The notes: a model not told the origin generated them from the sequence alone. Shown: positions 37,113 through 47,378, numbered from the stretch's first letter. The stretch: 52,762 nucleotides of DNA from Candidatus Parcubacteria bacterium (GCA_003599625.1 QZIU01000009.1:1-52762), one strand, 5' to 3'. Translations and numbers: made by a program.

Positions 37113-37712
37113 CTACAGCCATTTTTTTTCTTCAAGAAACTTTTTAGCCAATTTGAAGATCTTCGCGTGGCCTTTACTGTTCAAACAAAGCCCGTCTTCC
37201 AGATCTCTTACCTTAAGAGAATCCGAGACGGGCAAATGAGCCACACCTTTCTCGGTCGCCACTTTTCTTATTTCCGAATCATAAAGGGTGGCATTCCTGT
37301 TATTAAAAAAAATACTTTTATTCCAAGAAGTGGGCATCGTCTTGCGTTCATCGACGCTATTTATACCGATAAAAAGAATTTTTGGAGTGATTTTTTGAGC
37401 CGCCATAATCAACCGTTCGATATTTCTGCCGAAAGCCTTAAGCGGGACCGGGTGATTTTCTTCATCATCCACATAAAGAGAATCATGCAATCCTATTTGA
37501 AAAATAATCACCTTCGGAACTCTTGCTGTCGCTTCCACTTCAAATCTGATGAGCAAGTCTGTGGTATTCTCCATCAAAACCCCCAAATTATACAAAACCA
37601 GATCGGTATCGTGATTATCCAAGTATTCCCTGAGTCTGCCGGCCCAACCTCCTTTCTCATGGTCAAAAACGCCGTAAGCCGCATTGTCGCCAAAGACGCA
37701 AATAGATCTCAT
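37113..37712 (-). CDS. SGNH/GDSL-family protein with catalytic Ser and His substituted
   Basis: FGDN (for GDS), YNLGV, IGLHD, DGLC (for DGxH). Start reset to ATG 37712. Confidence 0.8.
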   Translation of the reverse strand: MRSICVFGDNAAYGVFDHEKGGWAGRLREYLDNHDTDLVLYNLGVLMENTTDLLIRFEVEATARVPKVIIFQIGLHDSLYVDDEENHPVPLKAFGRNIERLIMAAQKITPKILFIGINSVDERKTMPTSWNKSIFFNNRNATLYDSEIRKVATEKGVAHLPVSDSLKVRDLEDGLCLNSKGHAKIFKLAKKFLEEKKWL

Positions 37713-37757
37713 ATACCCGATAAAACAATATCGGGACAAAAACAGATACAAAGATAA

Positions 37758-38858
37758 TCAAAAAACATCTGGATTTATTTTGATTATCTTATCATCCCCC
37801 TGCCTGACTTTTCCTCTCCCATCCGTGTTTGAGGTGGAAATATAAATAAATCCGTCCGGGCCGGCAACAACTGCCCTTATTCTGCCCCATTGTCTGCGAA
37901 AATGTCTTTTGATTTCCAGCTTGCCGTCAATCATTGTCGCCTGATACAGAGATTCTCCGCGCAACCCGCCAAAAAATAGAGAATTCTTCCCGCCTAAATA
38001 AGCCAATCCCGCCGGAGCCCAAGTCTCCGTCCCGGAATGGATCACGGGACTTTCCATTCCTTCCATGCTTCCGTCTCCCTGTATCGCCGGCCAGCCGTAA
38101 TTCTTGCCTTCTTCTATAAAATTTATTTCGTCAAGACCGGAAAGCGCTCCGGACCTCCCATGCTCGGTGGCCCAGAGGCGGCCTTCTTTATCCCAAGCCA
38201 ATCCCTGCGAATTGCGATGACCATAGGAATATATCAAGTTACCGAAAGGGTTATCCTCAGGAGTGGAACCGTCGTCTTTGACCCGTAAAATTTTCCCGAC
38301 CAAAGAATCCAGGCCCTGAGCCGCCTCCTCATTACCAGCATCTCCGGTTGTTACATACAGCAAACCGTCCGGTCCGAAAGCGATTCTTCCCCCGTCGTGA
38401 AAGGAACTCCCTGGGATATTGTCAATGATCACGGTTCTGTCGGATAAAATGTCATTTGCTAGGCGATATCGGATCACTTTATTAATAAAATTACCCTCAT
38501 TGTCGGTAGTGAGGTATAGATAGATCCAATTATTTTCCGCGAACTTGGGATGGACGGCCAATCCCATTAGTCCGCCTTCGCCGATATGACGCACCCCTTC
38601 TATTATGTATATTTTGTTATCTCTTATTCTCCTTAACCTCCCGGGCCGCTCCGTGACCAACATATCTCCATCTGGCAAAAAAGTTATCTCCCAAGGTATT
38701 TCAAGGTTCTCGGCGATGATTTCAAAGTTGGATTCGCCAGACTCACTATTGGTTTTATTGTCTTCTTTGTCCCCCCGCCTACCGGAAAGAAAAATTCCCG
38801 CGCCGATTGCCAAAATAACGAACAACCAGCCGTATAAGAATACTTTTCTTTTTCCCAT
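37758..38858 (-). CDS. PQQ-dependent sugar (glucose/sorbosone) dehydrogenase family, membrane-anchored
   Basis: VTERPG, GEGGLMGLA.HP.F, HDGGRI.FGPDG, YGHRN.QG, GRIRAV..GPDG. Confidence 0.9.
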   Translation of the reverse strand: MGKRKVFLYGWLFVILAIGAGIFLSGRRGDKEDNKTNSESGESNFEIIAENLEIPWEITFLPDGDMLVTERPGRLRRIRDNKIYIIEGVRHIGEGGLMGLAVHPKFAENNWIYLYLTTDNEGNFINKVIRYRLANDILSDRTVIIDNIPGSSFHDGGRIAFGPDGLLYVTTGDAGNEEAAQGLDSLVGKILRVKDDGSTPEDNPFGNLIYSYGHRNSQGLAWDKEGRLWATEHGRSGALSGLDEINFIEEGKNYGWPAIQGDGSMEGMESPVIHSGTETWAPAGLAYLGGKNSLFFGGLRGESLYQATMIDGKLEIKRHFRRQWGRIRAVVAGPDGFIYISTSNTDGRGKVRQGDDKIIKINPDVF

Positions 38859-38910
38859 GCTATTGGTTATAACACTGAACTTTCAAGGCGCTCTCTCGTT
38901 TTCTTAAATT

Positions 38911-39933
38911 TCAGGAAAGTATTTTTAATAAAGCCAGCTCGAGAGGAATTTGCGGCAAATAAGATTGATTCTTCGAATCGCAACATTCAAGCAGGATCTT
39001 TAGCGCCTTTTCAAGCTCCCCCGGCTTGGCCTGACCCTTGAGTTTCTCGAGAAAAGCAAATTCCTTTTCGCCGTGAATATCCTGGATATTCTTCTTCATC
39101 GTCGGCGCGTGCTTGAGCAAGATCATGGATCTGATGTCCCGAAGCAGCAACTTCAGAAACGCGGCAAAATTTATGTTTTTTTCCGCGACCAGACGTATCG
39201 CCTCCAATCCTTTTTCCGCATCTTTATCTAAGACGCTTTCGATAAAATTCTCCACGATCGCCCTGGCCGGGACGGACAAGAATTCTCTCGTCATTTCTCC
39301 GGTTATCTCCTTATTTCCCAAAGACAAGATCTGGTCAAGCGTTCTTTGCGAATCGCGGAAAGAACCCTCCGCCATCAAGGCGACTATCCCCGCCGCCTCA
39401 TCGTCTATCTTAAAACCTTCTTTTTCGGCGATGTCCGTAATGGACTTTTTCAAAAGATTTTCCGGTATTTTGCGGAAAGAGAAATTCTGACAGCGGGAAA
39501 GAATCGTCTCTGGCACTTTTTCCAATTCGGTAGTGGCAAGAATGAAGATAGCGTGCGCCGGCGGCTCCTCCAGCGTTTTGAGCAAGGCGTTAAAGGCTTC
39601 CTTGGTGAGCATGTGCGCCTCGTCAATGATGTAAACTTTCACTTTTCCCCGCAGAGGAGAAAATCTCACCGCTTCCCTTAACGCGCGTATCTCATCGATA
39701 CCCCGGGAAGACGCGGCGTCAATTTCAAGAAGATCCTCGTCCGCGCAACCGGCTTCTTTTGCCAAAATCCTGGCCAAGCTGGTCTTCCCCGTCCCCCTAG
39801 TGCCGGCGAAAAGATAAGCGTGCGCCACCCGCCCGCTCTTAACCGCGTTCTTAAGAACCGAGACAATATGATCCTGCCCCAAAACATCCTCAAACCCCCT
39901 CGGCCGATATTTGCGATAAAGAACGGTGGTCAT
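38911..39933 (-). CDS. dnaX: DNA polymerase III gamma/tau, short form
   Basis: LYRKYRP, GTRGTGKT, DEAHML, NALLKTLEEP, SRC; lacks the tau C-terminal domains. Confidence 0.93.
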   Translation of the reverse strand: MTTVLYRKYRPRGFEDVLGQDHIVSVLKNAVKSGRVAHAYLFAGTRGTGKTSLARILAKEAGCADEDLLEIDAASSRGIDEIRALREAVRFSPLRGKVKVYIIDEAHMLTKEAFNALLKTLEEPPAHAIFILATTELEKVPETILSRCQNFSFRKIPENLLKKSITDIAEKEGFKIDDEAAGIVALMAEGSFRDSQRTLDQILSLGNKEITGEMTREFLSVPARAIVENFIESVLDKDAEKGLEAIRLVAEKNINFAAFLKLLLRDIRSMILLKHAPTMKKNIQDIHGEKEFAFLEKLKGQAKPGELEKALKILLECCDSKNQSYLPQIPLELALLKILS

Positions 39934-39936
39934 AAT

Positions 39937-40350
39937 CTATCTAGTATTATCTACTATCTTTATGAATTCCTCTATGTCTTTTATGTCTCCCTGCAATATC
40001 TGATAAACAAGATCATAATTTACTTTCTCGTAGTCGTGAGCAACTATGTTTCTAAACCCCGTCATGCCGATCATTTTTTCCGTAAGGTTTTGGTCTATAA
40101 CCCCTTCTTCGTTAAGAATATGAAAACTTTCGCTAAGTGTGGATGGTTTGCGAAATTTTTTATAAGCGATCACCGCCTCTGCCAAATCTATAGTGGCTTG
40201 CGACACCAAATAAAGATATCTCTCTACCGCTCCTCTTATATCAATGTTGCTTTCAATCTCTTCCCTGGAATATTTTTTATATCTATCCAAAATTTTAAGA
40301 TATTTTCTTATGGAGCTTATTTTGTTTTCTATAACAACGGGATTGCTCAT
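39937..40350 (-). CDS. hepT: HEPN ribonuclease toxin (DUF86/HepT)
   Basis: RX4HXY motif RNIVAHDY. Confidence 0.88.
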   Translation of the reverse strand: MSNPVVIENKISSIRKYLKILDRYKKYSREEIESNIDIRGAVERYLYLVSQATIDLAEAVIAYKKFRKPSTLSESFHILNEEGVIDQNLTEKMIGMTGFRNIVAHDYEKVNYDLVYQILQGDIKDIEEFIKIVDNTR

Positions 40351-40351
40351 A

Positions 40352-40744
40352 TTAGGCTTTTGTTAAGTTATATTTTGATAAGATAGTTCTAAAATCAAAA
40401 TATTCATTCAAAATCTTTGGCTCGACTAAAATCTTATACGGTTCCAGCTCGTAAATCAGCCTTCCTTCTTTAATAATATTATACTTTACTTCCGGGCTTT
40501 TGATCAGGTCGAGAATAACTATGTCCAATTTGTCTGTCTTCAGCTCTCTGCTTATCTTATCTTGCAAAGAAAATTTGACTTTGAAAATTTTGCCGGTATC
40601 CCGCTCATCAAGATAAAAAGCAAAGTCGTAATCACTGAGCGGCCCGCTGTCGCCCCTGGCTTTTGAGCCGAAGAAATAGGCCAGTTTTATTTCCGGGTAA
40701 GATTTGATTATATTGACTATTTTTTCAATTTTATCATTTTCCAT
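40352..40744 (-). CDS. mntA: Minimal nucleotidyltransferase antitoxin
   Basis: GSX10DXD (GSKARGDSGPLSDYD); directly upstream of hepT. Confidence 0.88.
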   Translation of the reverse strand: MENDKIEKIVNIIKSYPEIKLAYFFGSKARGDSGPLSDYDFAFYLDERDTGKIFKVKFSLQDKISRELKTDKLDIVILDLIKSPEVKYNIIKEGRLIYELEPYKILVEPKILNEYFDFRTILSKYNLTKA

Positions 40745-40857
40745 TTCTTTATTTTGGTGTGGTTTTATAATCTTATCATACCATACTTTAATTTGAATCT
40801 CGCTTTGCCAGCCTTCCAGGTTTGAAGCCCAACCAGGCAGGTTGTCAAAGCTGGCAT

Positions 40858-41532
40858 TTACAACAAATCCAAATTTTCTTTCGTAGTTGATTCGGTTGTA
40901 TCCGAGGCGTGCTTGAACACCAGGAATTTATAACCGTAAAAGTTCCAGAACATGCCAATGACGGCGGCCAGCACGGCGGAGAACTGAGCCCAAAGCATCG
41001 GCTTCATCATCCAGAACGATTCGACCCAATTCACCAGAACATAATCTATCCCGACGTTCAGGGAAAAACCGATCAGACTTATCAAAATATATTTGCCCAC
41101 CTCCGTCTTTCGCGAGCCGCCGTGGTTGCCGGAAAAGGTCCAATATTTGTTCCAAAGATAACTGCTGACAATCCCGAGCATGAAGGAAATTCCTTTGAAG
41201 CTGGATTGTATGTAGCCTGAAGCTATCCCGGTGCTGAATATGAAGAAATTCAGAATGGCCGCGTCAAGCAAAAAATTGAACCCGCCCACCAAAGCGAATT
41301 TGCCGAACTGAAAAATAAATTTGCCGACAAATTCAGAAGCCAGTTTCGTAAGATACAATCCTCCCGCGCAAAAGAGCGGGAAGACTATCAGCAAATACCA
41401 CGCGTAAGGCAGAATGATTTTTATTGCCGGATTCTCCACGCTCAAATTTCTGCCCACGAAGATCATCATCGAAGCGGCGAAGAATCCTATGGCCAAAGCT
41501 AAAAGCAAGTCTGTTTTTTTGATCCGGGGCAT
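40858..41532 (-). CDS. GtrA-family membrane protein
   Basis: KFALVGGFNFLLD, SYLWNKYWTF, WNFYGYKFLVF. Confidence 0.85.
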   Translation of the reverse strand: MPRIKKTDLLLALAIGFFAASMMIFVGRNLSVENPAIKIILPYAWYLLIVFPLFCAGGLYLTKLASEFVGKFIFQFGKFALVGGFNFLLDAAILNFFIFSTGIASGYIQSSFKGISFMLGIVSSYLWNKYWTFSGNHGGSRKTEVGKYILISLIGFSLNVGIDYVLVNWVESFWMMKPMLWAQFSAVLAAVIGMFWNFYGYKFLVFKHASDTTESTTKENLDLL

Positions 41533-41535
41533 TTT

Positions 41536-44301
41536 TTAGAAATTATATTTTCTTCTTATCTCTTCCTCGACTTGGCTCCTCGGCGCCCCATATCTCGCCA
41601 GCGAGAGCATGGCGGCATCGCGTCCGCGTTCCGGATCTCCTTTTTTGAAAGGCAAAGTTTTGATGTTGAACGGCCTTGCGGACTGTCCTTCTATGAGGAG
41701 CTTCAAGTAAGCGTTGTAGTTGTCTATATTCATAAGATCGTTTGGCCCGAAAACCGGCTCGAATTGCTTGGCTAGAAATTCGGCATCTTCCGCGCCAATT
41801 CTGAAGGAACACATGGAACCGACGTTTCCAAAAACCGCCTTCTTGATTCCCTCCTCCAGTTGTCCGATGAACTGATGGGCGATTATCAGATCCAGCCTGT
41901 ACTTCCTGGCCTCGGAAAGGATGGTGGCGATGGAATCGGTGGTAACATTTTGGAATTCGTCTATGTACAAATAGAAATCGTTTCTCTCGCTTTCCGGAAT
42001 ATCGACTCGCGAAAGCGCGGCCATCAAAAGCTTGCCGACGATTATCAGACCGATCAAATTGGAGTTGATGTCTCCCAATCGCCCTTTGGAAAGATTTATC
42101 AGCAGGATCTTCTTTTCATCCATGACTTTTCTGAAATTAAAAGAGGATTTTTCTTGCGCGATGATCGGCCTCATGATGTCGTTGCCAAGGAAGTTGTCGA
42201 ATTTGCTGGTGATGTAAGGAACCATGTTTTGCAAAGAAGCCTCGCCTCCGGCTTTTTCCGCCACGTCTCTCCAGAACAATTTAACAACCGGATTGTTGCA
42301 TCGGGACAGTTTGTGGTCGCGGAATTCTTTGTTACTGAGAACTCTGGCGATCTCAAATAAGGTATTGCCCGACTCCGGATCCTCCATAACAAGCAGAGCG
42401 GAGTTTCTGAAATACTGTTCGAACATCGGCCCGCCAGTCGCCTTCATGTCGAAAAGTTTGTTGAAGATTCCCAACAACTCATTTACTATAAATGTCTTCT
42501 GCTCCGGATAATTGGGGTCGTATTCCAGCATGTTCAGGCCCATCACCCTGTCCATTTTCCCGGGATCGAAATAGATCAGATCGTCCACTCTTTCAACCGG
42601 GATCCTGGCGAGGATTTCTTCAAGATCGGAACCGTGCGGATCTATATAGCAAACCCCTTTACCCTGCTCGATGTCTTGGACGATCATATTCTTGAGCAAA
42701 ACTGATTTACCTGTTCCCGTCTGGCCGATCAGATAAAGATGCCTTCTGCGGTCGTCTTCTCTCATGTAAATATCGGATTCTTCGCCCCTATAAAGATTTT
42801 TGCCGAGCAATGTTCCCGCCTGGGGCAGATTTAGCGGAGGGGGCGCGTCTTTGGCTTTGACATACTTCAATTGGGAAATGGTCGTGATTCCTCTCGGAAA
42901 ATGGAATATCGTGGAAATTTCCGCCGTATTAAGATAAACGGCTTCTTTTTTGTCGAACAGCCGGAAAGAAAATTTATAGAAAAGATCCTCAAGTTCTTTC
43001 CCCATCGCCTCGCGCCATTTGAGACTGTTGCCTTGCGCTTCAGTGAATTGCAAAATGGAACTTTCAATTTCTTTCAGGATCCTGTTCGATTTTTCCGGAT
43101 CCTCCGAGGAGACAAGGATTCTTAGATTTGCCGCCAAAAGCGGCCGGGATGCTTTCTCCTCCACCATCTTGGCAAGACTTTCGTTGACCGGCTTTTCCTT
43201 CTCATTTTTTCGCTCGTTTTTCGGATCTTCTTCTTTTTTATGATCATCGGAAGATCTGAAAAGAAAATCGTCGAACACTGAAAGAATGTCGAATCCGGTC
43301 ACCTTGGCTTTCTTGAGAGCTTCGGGGAGCTTCTCGCCTTTTCTAAGCTCATCAGCCGTCTTTTTTGTCTTTTTAAGATAAGAAGGATCAGCCGGACCCA
43401 AGACCACCTGCAAAGCCGCCCCCTCCCCCATCTTATGAAGCTTGGAAAAGGCGTTGATTATGACAAGCAAAGGATCGACTTCGAACTTGTCGTAAGTTCT
43501 CAGCGGTAAAACATAATGGGTCTTCAAGCTAATGATCGCGCCCGCGCTGGCTCCGCCGGGCCTGAAGATGTTGTAGTCCTCTTTGCGTTCTTCGATCTTG
43601 GAATTCGGAAAAAGAGCCGTGATCTGTTTCTCCAGCAAATGACTCTTGTTTCTTGGCACGGCGGCGTAAAAAACTATCTCCTCGCCGATCGTCGGCAAAC
43701 CCACCTCCAGCGAGAAATACGGATTTTCTCCATCCTGCTGGATGATCATCATGCCGCTGTAAAACTGCTCCATCGCGGCAATGAACTCTTTGAAGGTTTT
43801 CTCCCTGCCGCCTTCTTTTTGCGCTTCTTCGCGGGGCAGGCTGATCTCGTAAAGCGCCGCGCTCATGGCCTGAGAAATAGGCTTGGCTAATTTTTCTTTA
43901 TAACCGATCTTGACGTAAAATTGAATTAACGCCCGGTGAAGATCGTCTTCCAGGTGGGGGTTATTGAGATTTTTAGCCACGGTAAGGGCGTTCAAAATGC
44001 CTTTTTCTTCGGCCAAAGCCAGAAGTTCTTCGATCTTGGCGTCATGCTCTTCCGCCGGAAGATTAAGAAGCTTCGCGACAAGACTTTCTTTTTCTTTGTC
44101 CGATATTCGGTACTTTTCCGTCAGAACGGTTTCCGGCTTGGAGGCGGCATGCCGGTAAAAAACTTCCTTTGCCGGTTCTCCCGATTCCGGAACTTTCTCC
44201 TTGCCGCTCTCCACCTCGAGTTTCTTCTGCTCGTAATGGCTCTTCAGCCACTCCAATTCCTCCCGCGGCGAATTGAATTTTTGCTCAACATTCGGTTGCA
44301 T
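41536..44301 (-). CDS. VirD4/TraG/HerA-like P-loop ATPase
   Basis: HLYLIGQTGTGKS, YIDPHG, YIDEFQN, SEARKY, HQFIGQL. TATAAT at 44310-44315. Confidence 0.85.
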   Translation of the reverse strand: MQPNVEQKFNSPREELEWLKSHYEQKKLEVESGKEKVPESGEPAKEVFYRHAASKPETVLTEKYRISDKEKESLVAKLLNLPAEEHDAKIEELLALAEEKGILNALTVAKNLNNPHLEDDLHRALIQFYVKIGYKEKLAKPISQAMSAALYEISLPREEAQKEGGREKTFKEFIAAMEQFYSGMMIIQQDGENPYFSLEVGLPTIGEEIVFYAAVPRNKSHLLEKQITALFPNSKIEERKEDYNIFRPGGASAGAIISLKTHYVLPLRTYDKFEVDPLLVIINAFSKLHKMGEGAALQVVLGPADPSYLKKTKKTADELRKGEKLPEALKKAKVTGFDILSVFDDFLFRSSDDHKKEEDPKNERKNEKEKPVNESLAKMVEEKASRPLLAANLRILVSSEDPEKSNRILKEIESSILQFTEAQGNSLKWREAMGKELEDLFYKFSFRLFDKKEAVYLNTAEISTIFHFPRGITTISQLKYVKAKDAPPPLNLPQAGTLLGKNLYRGEESDIYMREDDRRRHLYLIGQTGTGKSVLLKNMIVQDIEQGKGVCYIDPHGSDLEEILARIPVERVDDLIYFDPGKMDRVMGLNMLEYDPNYPEQKTFIVNELLGIFNKLFDMKATGGPMFEQYFRNSALLVMEDPESGNTLFEIARVLSNKEFRDHKLSRCNNPVVKLFWRDVAEKAGGEASLQNMVPYITSKFDNFLGNDIMRPIIAQEKSSFNFRKVMDEKKILLINLSKGRLGDINSNLIGLIIVGKLLMAALSRVDIPESERNDFYLYIDEFQNVTTDSIATILSEARKYRLDLIIAHQFIGQLEEGIKKAVFGNVGSMCSFRIGAEDAEFLAKQFEPVFGPNDLMNIDNYNAYLKLLIEGQSARPFNIKTLPFKKGDPERGRDAAMLSLARYGAPRSQVEEEIRRKYNF

Positions 44302-44332
44302 ATGTTTCCATTATACCCTGCCATTTAGAAAT

Positions 44333-45136
44333 TTAAAAATATTTAAAATAAATTTTATTGCCAAAGCGCAGATCTATGTAATCTAAGTTTTTCCTTTTTT
44401 CTTTGACGCTTGATTCCAGTGTCGTGACGAGATTGGCAAAAGTCTTCTCCGGTTCATTTCTGTCGTTCAAGACCATTTTCCAGCCTTCTTTGGTCGCCAG
44501 TTCATAAATATTTTCCGGCTTGAGATATATCTCAGTCACCTCAAAACCATTTTTTGCCGCCAGTTCGCTGAAACTCATCAGCGTATCAAATTCTTCCTGC
44601 TTTAAGAAATAGGAACCAATGACGACAGGACTTGAAGAAGCCGATCCCCTCTCGTCAAAGAACTTGATAAATATGGCGCCTGAAAAATAAGGAGCCTTTT
44701 CAAAAACAAAAGCTTCCTCATCAATGAACGCGCAATCTTCCTCATGGCAGAAAAGCGCCTTGTTTTCTCTTTCAACGATTTTGACTTTAAGCTTGTCGGG
44801 CAGATCGCCGTCCAAATAAATTTCTTTTATTCTCTTGATTTCCGCGGGCAAATCCTTCTCAATTTCTTTTTTAGGGATCAAAAAAACATTCGATTTCGGA
44901 ATGAAAAGAAAAATATTTCCCTCCAGCTTCTTTAGTACGGCTAAATTAAGCTCTCCTTCGGAAACAAATTTATTTCCCTCAACCGCCACATTGTCCACTT
45001 TCAAATATTCGATATTGAAGAAGGCAACCGCTGAAGCGCAAAACAGAATGGCGGCCAAAGCGTAAAAAGAGACTCGTAAAATAAGTCTCTTCCTGCGAAT
45101 CTTTCTTGAGGAGGCGAGATAGTCTTTGCGAGCCAT
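44333..45136 (-). CDS. ftsQ: FtsQ/DivIB-like cell division protein
   Basis: Basic N-terminus, single TM, POTRA (V.VEGN), C-terminal YIDLRFGNKIY. Confidence 0.7.
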   Translation of the reverse strand: MARKDYLASSRKIRRKRLILRVSFYALAAILFCASAVAFFNIEYLKVDNVAVEGNKFVSEGELNLAVLKKLEGNIFLFIPKSNVFLIPKKEIEKDLPAEIKRIKEIYLDGDLPDKLKVKIVERENKALFCHEEDCAFIDEEAFVFEKAPYFSGAIFIKFFDERGSASSSPVVIGSYFLKQEEFDTLMSFSELAAKNGFEVTEIYLKPENIYELATKEGWKMVLNDRNEPEKTFANLVTTLESSVKEKRKNLDYIDLRFGNKIYFKYF

Positions 45137-45141
45137 TGCTT

Positions 45142-46416
45142 TTACCCCATCTTCTCCTTGCCCATGTATTTTCTAAGAGGTTCCGGAATGACGACACTGC
45201 CGTCGGCCTGCTGGAAATTTTCCACGATAGCCACAAGGACACGAGGTGTCGGGACAGCCGTGCTGTTTAAAGAGTGCGCGAATCTGAGCTTTCCATTTTC
45301 GTCTTTATACCGGATATTGAGTCTTCTCGTTTGGAAGTCATGGAAGTAAGAAGCCGAGCTTATCTCCCTGTATTTGTTTTCGTTCGGAACCCAAAGTTCG
45401 ATGTCATATTTTTTGACCTGGCCAAGCCCGAGATCGCCGCCGCAGTTCACCACCGTCCGATAAGGAATGCCGAGCGATTCCACGAATTCTTCCGTATTTC
45501 TGTTAACCCATTCATGCCACTTGACGGACTCTTGATGATCCGCCTCGCATAGCACTACCTGCTCCAGTTTAAAAAATTCATGCACGCGGATAAGCCCCTT
45601 CACGTCCTTGCCGTAGCTCCCGGCTTCCCTTCTGAAACAAGGCGAGAAGCACAAGAACTTTTTGGGCAGATCTTTTTTATCCAAAACTTCGTCGGAATAA
45701 TAACCCATGGTCGCCACTTCCGCCGTCCCGGCAAGATAATCATTGTCTTGCGTCCTGTAAAGATCTTCTTCTCCTTGAGGCAAATAACCTGTGCCATACA
45801 TTTGTTCTTTGCGAACAAGCGAAGGCACGATCATTGGAGTGAACCCGCCCTTCTTCATGAAAAATTCTACGCCGTATTGCCACACGGCGTAAGATAAAAG
45901 CGCGCCGTCATTCTTTAAAAAGTATCCCCGGAAGCCAGCCACCTTCGTCCCCCTTTCAAAGTCCGCCATATCAAGCTTTTGCATCAGCTGTATCTGATCT
46001 TTAGGTTCAAAACCTTTCGCTTTGAAATCGGGGATATCGCCCCAAGTTTTCACTTCCGCGTTTTGCGCGTCGTTTTCTCCTTCGGGAACAGACATGTCCG
46101 GAATATTGGGCGCCTGAAGCATCAGTTCTTTCCAAGCATCATTGGCCTTCCTCAAATCTTCCACCCGGGCCAAAAGCTTTTCCTTTAAAATCCTCATTTC
46201 GCCGATTGCCGTCTGCCTTTGCGCGGGATCCTGGAGCTTGGAGATACTGTCGCTGACGGCATTCTGCTTGGCGCGCATTTCCTCCACCTCTTTTAAAATC
46301 TTGAGCCTCGCGTCATCGGCTTCCAAAAGTTTGTCCACGTCAAACTTGATATGCTTTTTCCGAGCCGCTTCTTTGATCAACTCTCCGTTTTCCCGAATGA
46401 ATTTGATGTCGAGCAT
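45142..46416 (-). CDS. serS: Serine--tRNA ligase
   Basis: MLDIKFIREN, CFRREAG, RVHEFFK, EISSAS, HSLNST. Start reset to ATG 46416. Confidence 0.97.
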   Translation of the reverse strand: MLDIKFIRENGELIKEAARKKHIKFDVDKLLEADDARLKILKEVEEMRAKQNAVSDSISKLQDPAQRQTAIGEMRILKEKLLARVEDLRKANDAWKELMLQAPNIPDMSVPEGENDAQNAEVKTWGDIPDFKAKGFEPKDQIQLMQKLDMADFERGTKVAGFRGYFLKNDGALLSYAVWQYGVEFFMKKGGFTPMIVPSLVRKEQMYGTGYLPQGEEDLYRTQDNDYLAGTAEVATMGYYSDEVLDKKDLPKKFLCFSPCFRREAGSYGKDVKGLIRVHEFFKLEQVVLCEADHQESVKWHEWVNRNTEEFVESLGIPYRTVVNCGGDLGLGQVKKYDIELWVPNENKYREISSASYFHDFQTRRLNIRYKDENGKLRFAHSLNSTAVPTPRVLVAIVENFQQADGSVVIPEPLRKYMGKEKMG

Positions 46417-46452
46417 ACCGTTAATCTTAACAAATATGCTAAAATAATCAAA

Positions 46453-47310
46453 ATGTCGCGCAAAATTATCAAGCCCAACAATTACCCGTCGCTTTTGAAG
46501 CAAATTCCCGATCCGCCGAAACAGTTATATATGGAAGGCGAATTACCATCGGAGAATGCTCTTTATCTTGCCGTTGTCGGCGCCAGAAAATTCACGACTT
46601 ACGGGAAAGAAGCTTGCGAGAAGATCATCAGCGGCTTGAAAAACAAATCCAGGCAAATAATCATCGTAAGCGGCTTGGCCATCGGCATAGACGGTATCGC
46701 CCACAGAGCCGCTTTGGCCAACGGACTCGCGACCGTGGCCATTCCCGGCTCGGGATTAAGCGACAATGTCCTGCATCCTCGTTCAAACGTGAAGCTGTCA
46801 AAAGATATCGTAAGAGCCGGAGGATGCTTGATCTCGGAGCTTGATTGGGAAATACCCGCGGGCATGCACACTTTTCCATCCAGAAACCGCATAATTGCCG
46901 GGATGTCCAATGCCGTTTTGGTAATCGAAGCGGCGGAAAAGAGCGGAACGCTTATCACTGCCAATCTCGCGTTGGAATACAATCGGGATGTCTTAGCCAT
47001 TCCCGGCTCCATTTTTTCGGAAAACTCAAAGGGCACCAATAGACTTATCAAATCCGGAGCAACGCCAATTTTTTCAGGAGAAGATATTTTGGAAGCTTTT
47101 GACATTCCGAAAGAAAAAGAAAATCTAAAACTGGAATTTCCAGATGATTCAGTTGAAGAAAAAATTTATTCCCTGCTGTCAGAACCGATGCAGCGGGATG
47201 AACTCATCAGAAAAACAGGCCTCCCCCCGGCCAAAGCCAATCCAGCCCTCTCAATGATGATATTGAACGGCATCATCAAAGAATCCGGCGGCGAAATATT
47301 CAGGGTATAA
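46453..47310 (+). CDS. dprA: DNA-processing protein DprA
   Basis: AVVGAR, VSGLAIGID..AH, FPSRNRIIAG, SGTLITA, PGSIF, C-terminal winged helix. Start reset to ATG 46453. Confidence 0.95.
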   Translation: MSRKIIKPNNYPSLLKQIPDPPKQLYMEGELPSENALYLAVVGARKFTTYGKEACEKIISGLKNKSRQIIIVSGLAIGIDGIAHRAALANGLATVAIPGSGLSDNVLHPRSNVKLSKDIVRAGGCLISELDWEIPAGMHTFPSRNRIIAGMSNAVLVIEAAEKSGTLITANLALEYNRDVLAIPGSIFSENSKGTNRLIKSGATPIFSGEDILEAFDIPKEKENLKLEFPDDSVEEKIYSLLSEPMQRDELIRKTGLPPAKANPALSMMILNGIIKESGGEIFRV

Positions 47311-47378
47311 TACGACCTAAGCGTTTCAATTAAATTCTCTCGACCAAAGACCAGCTCAGCATTACTATGGCGCAGCGC

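Noticed and set aside
46351-46503. Apparent head-to-head overlap of serS and dprA
   Set aside because: An artefact of longest-ORF calling; the true starts at 46416 and 46453 leave a 36-nt divergent gap.
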